DNA of 64,000 nucleotides, taken from an uncultured Pelagibacteraceae bacterium. Its GTDB lineage: Bacteria > Pseudomonadota > Alphaproteobacteria > Pelagibacterales > AG-422-B15. The stretch is from positions 2,121-66,120 of the forward strand of contig CACNCV010000001.1 of NCBI GenBank assembly GCA_902619105.1, read 5' to 3'. This document shows positions 62,980 through 64,000 of the stretch, in pieces. The position numbers and the translations under genes are program-made. A model generated the notes under the pieces. The model was given only the letters and a program-made list of their open reading frames with translations. It made no database searches and was not told the DNA's origin. Position 1 is the stretch's first letter, and each line of letters opens with the position of its first letter.

Positions 62980-64000
62980 GCTGCCTCGCTTTGTAATTCT
63001 TTTGCGAGGATAGCTGACTTTAATTTTTGGAGGTTGTCTATTTTTTTGGCCTTATTGGCAATAAGCTTTTCTGTCTCTGTATTAAGCTCTCTTAATTGCT
63101 GTCTAATTTTGATCTGCTCATCTTTAGATTGGGGTAAAAAAATAGATAGGTTTTGCCATTTTGATTTATTTATTATTGGCAAAGTTGCCTGTCCTGCTTT
63201 GTAAAGTACATCACTTTGAAAGCGCCTCCCCCGCATTTGCCAATAAATTAACTCCACATCAAATTCTTCTGATGGTGTTAGAGAGTTTATTTGCTGGTTA
63301 AAGCAAGCATCGACGTCATTAACCCCAACTTTGCCAATTGTTGCGCCAATACAGACCATTAGTACTGAGTTAGCTGCTGCGATGCGAGATTGTTTAGAAC
63401 CTTTAGGGGTTAGGCCATCATCAACAATTGTAATTGTACCATCTGAGTTAAAATGTGGTGGTTTAATAAATGGAAATCCTTCACCATAATTATCCTTTTG
63501 AGAAGTTTTTGGCGTACTGCCCGTTTGAATAACACCTAAATCCATAACTTTAAACTCTGTCCAATTACTATCACCTGCGGTCTTAGCATCAATGAAATTG
63601 GATAAATTAGTTTCAGATAGTGTAATTGTTTTTTTTGCAGTTTGAATTTGTAATTCAATCTCAGCAAATGCTGCATCAATTTTGGCTACGATGCGTTTCT
63701 GCTCTACAAGTGGAGGGAGTTTTATTTCTGCTGAAAGAATATCTTTTTTGCTGATATTTATTTGTAACCCACCAGCTCCCAAGCTCTTATAATAATCTTT
63801 AAGGGACGTAAGATAGTAACTTATAAAAGGCACAAAAACTTTTTCTGAAAAACTATGCAGTTTGCCAACCCGCTGATTGAGTAGAAATGTCCTTTCTCTT
63901 ACTCCTTCTACCAATGTCGGTTTGCCCAAAATCTTTGGATCCCCAGCCATATCGGTCATAGCGATTATTAAATCGCCATCAAATAATCTATAACTCGCAT
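62976..64000 (-). CDS. hsdS: Type I R-M specificity subunit (5' truncated by window)
   Basis: LPPLVEQKRIVAKID, TGSTP, IGATIGK, FNQQI, LKSAIL; frame stays open from 63959 to window end. Confidence 0.93.
   Translation of the reverse strand, partial: ASYRLFDGDLIIAMTDMAGDPKILGKPTLVEGVRERTFLLNQRVGKLHSFSEKVFVPFISYYLTSLKDYYKSLGAGGLQINISKKDILSAEIKLPPLVEQKRIVAKIDAAFAEIELQIQTAKKTITLSETNLSNFIDAKTAGDSNWTEFKVMDLGVIQTGSTPKTSQKDNYGEGFPFIKPPHFNSDGTITIVDDGLTPKGSKQSRIAAANSVLMVCIGATIGKVGVNDVDACFNQQINSLTPSEEFDVELIYWQMRGRRFQSDVLYKAGQATLPIINKSKWQNLSIFLPQSKDEQIKIRQQLRELNTETEKLIANKAKKIDNLQKLKSAILAKELQSEAA

Overview
AT-rich, gene-dense chromosomal segment of a streamlined Alphaproteobacterium (inferred to be a SAR11/HIMB59-like marine lineage from composition, tiny spacers and gene order; not database-checked). 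It spans the probable replication origin (maf<- oriC ->hemE-hemH-hemJ-rho ... mnmE-mnmG-rsmG-parA-parB, with a perfect parS inside rsmG). It also holds grpE-dnaK-dnaJ-dapB-nth, a his cluster, hslVU, Tim44/fxsA/secB, dnaQ-coaE-aroE, holA-lptE-leuS, a major porin, lolA-ftsK, tRNA-Gly(GCC) and purH-rpe. Accessory DNA: (i) a cassette after rho encoding a passenger-less inverse-autotransporter beta-barrel plus a separately secreted partner; (ii) a TPR-sulfotransferase wedged between leuS and lptE; (iii) an FkbM/MFS block after tRNA-Gly; (iv) the edge of a defence island with type I R-M hsdS-hsdR followed by a fusion of an apparently dead HsdM-like domain, an HsdS-like TRD and a Schlafen/AlbA_2 domain. 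The last is the best candidate for an undescribed system (an R-M decoy coupled to an RNase); the split inverse autotransporter is second. All calls come from motif recognition by eye.
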